This document shows positions 61,001 to 64,000 of a stretch of 64,000 bases of DNA, one piece after another. The stretch lies in IMG/VR virus record IMGVR_UViG_3300035686_000003, positions 83,707-147,706 of that record; one strand, written 5' to 3'. This DNA is from a virus. Its lineage: Duplodnaviria > Caudoviricetes. Position 1 is the first letter of the stretch; the number at the start of each line of letters is the position of its first letter. Under the pieces are notes generated by a model. That model did no database searches. It was not told where the DNA came from and saw nothing but the letters and a program-made list of their open reading frames with translations. The position numbers and the translations under genes are program-made.

Positions 61001-62917
61001 GGGGGAACTTTGGTAGAAGCCGCTACCGTCAGCATAAGTTCCAATGAAAGCAAGGGGACAATGCCTTACCTCGTTGACTTCAGCCAGCAATTGTAATGCA
61101 ATCTCGTGGTCACTTTTCATTGTCTACCTTCACCTCTAATAGTTGATGTGGTCGAAAGAGATATTCTACAGGCGTCTGAGACAAACCTGTTAGCAATGAT
61201 AGCCCTAGTGTTCTATTGCTCTCTGAGAAGATGCTAGCCCTAGGATTAACGCCAGTTACCTTTCCCCACCAGTGGAACCGGGGATGTTGGATAACCTGCC
61301 CGATATGCACCCTGTCAGCACGAATCTTACTCGCTCTCTTCATCGCTCGTCCAAATCTTCTTGTACTCTTGCGCCCAATAGCGGTCAATGTTTGCTTTAG
61401 CTCGCTCTAGGACGGGTTCAGGGTTACGACAGTAACTTTTAGGTTCTAGATTATGGTAGCGTTTCCCAGAGACATCGTAAACCTTTACGTAGAACGCTTG
61501 GGATGTTTGGTCACATTGTAGGAGAAAACCACGGTATTGATGGGTGCCCACTAAATCTTTGTTCATTGATTTACTCATCGCTTCTTACAAGTGTCTTTAG
61601 CTGCTTCTAATGCTGAGATAAGGATTGTGTCACAATTTGTCTCAACAAACAAATCGTAGATTAAACCAAATAGCTCTCCGCTCTCAATTGTGAAGTTTTG
61701 TCCTGGCTTTGATAAGACGAAAGTGGAATGCTCTGTTCTCTTTATTCGACTGACCTCAATTCTTGCCATAGTCTTACATCTCCTTTAACTTCAACACACT
61801 GTAGCCTACTACCAAGCTATCGTCAACTAATGAACCCACCAAGCAGCGGCGATCACGTAAGTGACACCTCTGTCTTCAAAGGCATCCTTTAGCCACGTGC
61901 CACCTGTATACTCTAGTCCACTATTGTTCAGGTAATTCAGTCCTGCATTTATAATGCCAGAGAATCCTTCGTCCTCAAAGTCAACGATGTAGAAGCTGAT
62001 GTCTTCTATGCAACGAGGGGGAGACAAATGCTGGTCACACATTTGCAGAAATTCTGCTCGTATTTGAGCGAACTCTTCCAAACCTTGCGGAGATAACTTG
62101 AATGATGGCGTTACAAACATTGGTGTACTCCTCTGTTATTTGTGGCAAGACCCTAATGCACCCACCAAACTCACTTCGTTCGTAGAGAAGCTGATACTGA
62201 CTTTAGTGAACCCACCAGTAAGCATCAATCTTACCCATTGCTTTATCGACTGCAATGTTTTCAGTGGAGCTATATCTGAGCGGCTGCAACTCTTCCCACT
62301 GTTGCCCATCTTCATCCCAAACCTCAACCATATAACCTTTTCCAACATGGCGATAGACGTTGAGAACAAAGCTGCGATACGCCTGTGAACTAATGAGGTT
62401 ATCCGTATTACCGTACATCTTCTTACTCCTCTGTTATTTGTAGCTATTGTACATTTCTGTCACCCAAGAAGAATCTTTATCAAGGAGGCGTCCAACTTCT
62501 GTCCACTCTCGTAAATCTAAATAAGACAACTTGAATTTTGTCATTGCTACCCATGTCCAAAAGGCTGATTCAGGAGTAGATCCAAGAATCTTTGAAAGAG
62601 CTAGCCAATCCCCAAGTGTTAGTTGGCTAAACATAAGTGTCTGTTCAAATTGTGGGTGGTTCATTGATCGTGTCTCCTTATTTGTAAGTGTTGTACATGG
62701 TGGTTATCCAAAGCTGACCTTTGTCGAGCTTTCGCCCAATCACAGTCCACTCTTCCAGATTTAGCTGGCGCAACTCGAAGGATGTTGCCTCCACCCACGA
62801 CCAAAATGTAGACTCGACATCTAACCCAAGAATCTTTGACAAATTTAGGTAATCCGCCAAAGTTAAATCCTTGAGATAAACTGTTTCTTTCAACTGCGAA
62901 CCAATCATTGCTTGCAT
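58086..62917 (-). other. Early-gene-like run of about 15 small CDSs with repeated promoters
   Basis: Abutting ORFs with GGAG RBS; paralogs 62434/62678 and 61327/62203; DUF551-like 59303..59560. Confidence 0.7.
61799..61826 (-). promoter_or_regulatory. Sigma70-type promoter with operator
   Basis: TTGACG-17-TACAGT; GTAGCCTACTAC at 61801. Confidence 0.65.
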
Positions 62918-62936
62918 CCTCCTCTAATCTCCTAAT

Positions 62937-62965
62937 ACTGTAGCCTACTACAGAGCTAATGTCAA
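62937..62965 (-). promoter_or_regulatory. Sigma70-type promoter with operator
   Basis: TTGACA-17-TACAGT; GTAGCCTACTAC at 62940. Confidence 0.7.
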
Positions 62966-62986
62966 ACAGTAGGCTACGGATGTGGG

Positions 62987-64000
62987 CTAGGGGTGGTTCT
63001 CGGATTCCTTGCGCTTGGCGTAGTCGCGATTGCTTTGCTGTACGTAGAACTGGCGAAAGACGTTGTGTTGCATGAAAGGTTGTCCCTGTAACCGAATCAT
63101 TTCTCGAATGCAGGGAACTCGCAAATCCTCATCAACTATCGGCACTTCCTTCCAGAGGCGAAGAGACATCTCATCTAGACCAAGCTCAGGCGTCCAGGTA
63201 TCCACCGTTAATGGTTGTCGTGATACTTCGGCGGGTGCAGGGGTTGCCGTGCCTTCACGAGGCTTCCAGGAGTGGCTGAGTGCTTGCCGGAAATACCCGC
63301 CCAAGTTATCAATCTTCTTCCCACGGCTAAGATTCTCTTTCACAGCGTTTATCGCATCCCGCAACACAAGGGCATCAGTATTATTGATATCCTTTCTCAT
63401 CGCAAGCAAGAATTCAGGTGAGAGGCTACGGTTCTCCATCCACGAGGCAAACTCTTGAATTTGTTGGCTGTGGGAGGGCTGCAAGGCTCCTAGAAGCTCG
63501 CGAAGGGTTTGTGGGTGTCTTTGCTTAGCTTTGACCTTTTCATCGGTTTTAGCGACGATTTTTGAATTTTGCGGCGGGGGCGAAACTCTTCCAACACCAC
63601 GATCACCTACATTCTCTGCTTCGATTCCAGATCTTGATTCCTTTGAGTCACAGAAGGTTTCTGATTGTTCAGGGTTTTCGTTTCTCAGCGAAGCTCCGGA
63701 GTCAGGGTTTAAAGCGTCGGGAAGTGAGGAGTGCGTAGCCTCTAGCGGAGCGCTCTCCGAACGACCAGAGCGTGGAAATTCAGATGATTCATGGCAAAGG
63801 TCTGTTTTTCTCTGTTTTATTTCTGATAATGTCTGATTAAAGTCTGGGAGAATGTGTACGCCGCTCGCAGCAAAGGTTTCGCACTCAATAGGCGGCAACT
63901 CATTTCCAATAGGCGGCAACTCATTTCCAATAGGCGGCAACTCATTTCCAATAGGCGGCAACTCATTTCCAATAGGCGGCAACTCATTTCCGTCTATTTT
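62987..64000 (-). CDS. Second replication-initiator-like protein (5' end outside window)
   Basis: Frame open to 64000; DSGASL...GVGRVSPPPQ and LRLW.E shared with 1..1221; internal repeats. Confidence 0.65.
   Translation of the reverse strand, partial: KIDGNELPPIGNELPPIGNELPPIGNELPPIGNELPPIECETFAASGVHILPDFNQTLSEIKQRKTDLCHESSEFPRSGRSESAPLEATHSSLPDALNPDSGASLRNENPEQSETFCDSKESRSGIEAENVGDRGVGRVSPPPQNSKIVAKTDEKVKAKQRHPQTLRELLGALQPSHSQQIQEFASWMENRSLSPEFLLAMRKDINNTDALVLRDAINAVKENLSRGKKIDNLGGYFRQALSHSWKPREGTATPAPAEVSRQPLTVDTWTPELGLDEMSLRLWKEVPIVDEDLRVPCIREMIRLQGQPFMQHNVFRQFYVQQSNRDYAKRKESENHP
63886..63990. repeat. Five perfect 21-bp tandem repeats CAATAGGCGGCAACTCATTTC (iteron-like)
   Basis: Read directly; encodes (GNELPPI)n with no synonymous variation. 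Confidence 0.9.

Larger units (their letters stand above)
1..64000. mobile_element. Segment of a large temperate cyanophage or phage-plasmid with lambda-type tail-tip genes
   Basis: Terminase, gpK/I/L/M-like genes, endolysin, phage replication genes and dense small ORFs; no host housekeeping operons; at least 24 GCGATCGC (HIP1) sites, e.g. 2652, 6586, 9468, 12131, 29781, 41091. Confidence 0.9.

Noticed and set aside
63886-63990. CRISPR array
   Set aside because: Contiguous repeats with no spacers, lying in frame in a gene; no cas genes seen.

Overview
This window is a segment of a large temperate phage or phage-plasmid of a cyanobacterium, most likely a filamentous one. The host evidence is at least 24 copies of HIP1 (GCGATCGC), an nblA gene, STRR-like heptamer palindromes, and cyanobacterial-type SSB and endolysin domains. 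Virion genes are lambda-like but scattered on both strands: tail-tip gpK, gpI and gpL, three gpM/Dit-like copies (one fused to a ~930 aa putative glycanase region), and a terminase with a class-3 intein. No capsid, portal, tape-measure or integrase gene was recognised. DNA-metabolism genes include two related iteron-bearing initiator-like genes plus a decayed third copy, a UvrD-like helicase, a PD-(D/E)XK nuclease, RusA, a primase, two SSBs, a C5 methylase and about seven homing-type nucleases. Long minus-strand runs of small genes contain many tandem paralog pairs. The strongest candidate for an undescribed system is the divergent locus at about 6.1-11.8 kb. Leftward is an operon of an HTH protein, membrane proteins and a membrane-anchored FtsK/HerA-type ATPase, resembling Streptomyces TraB/Spd spreading modules. 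Between the arms is an 11-bp-phased array of GACYCRGA-like octamers with three TCCGGA sites. Rightward is an operon ending in an uncalled 48-aa secreted PatX-like peptide (PPRGGGRR). All family assignments come from reading motifs by eye; no searches were run.
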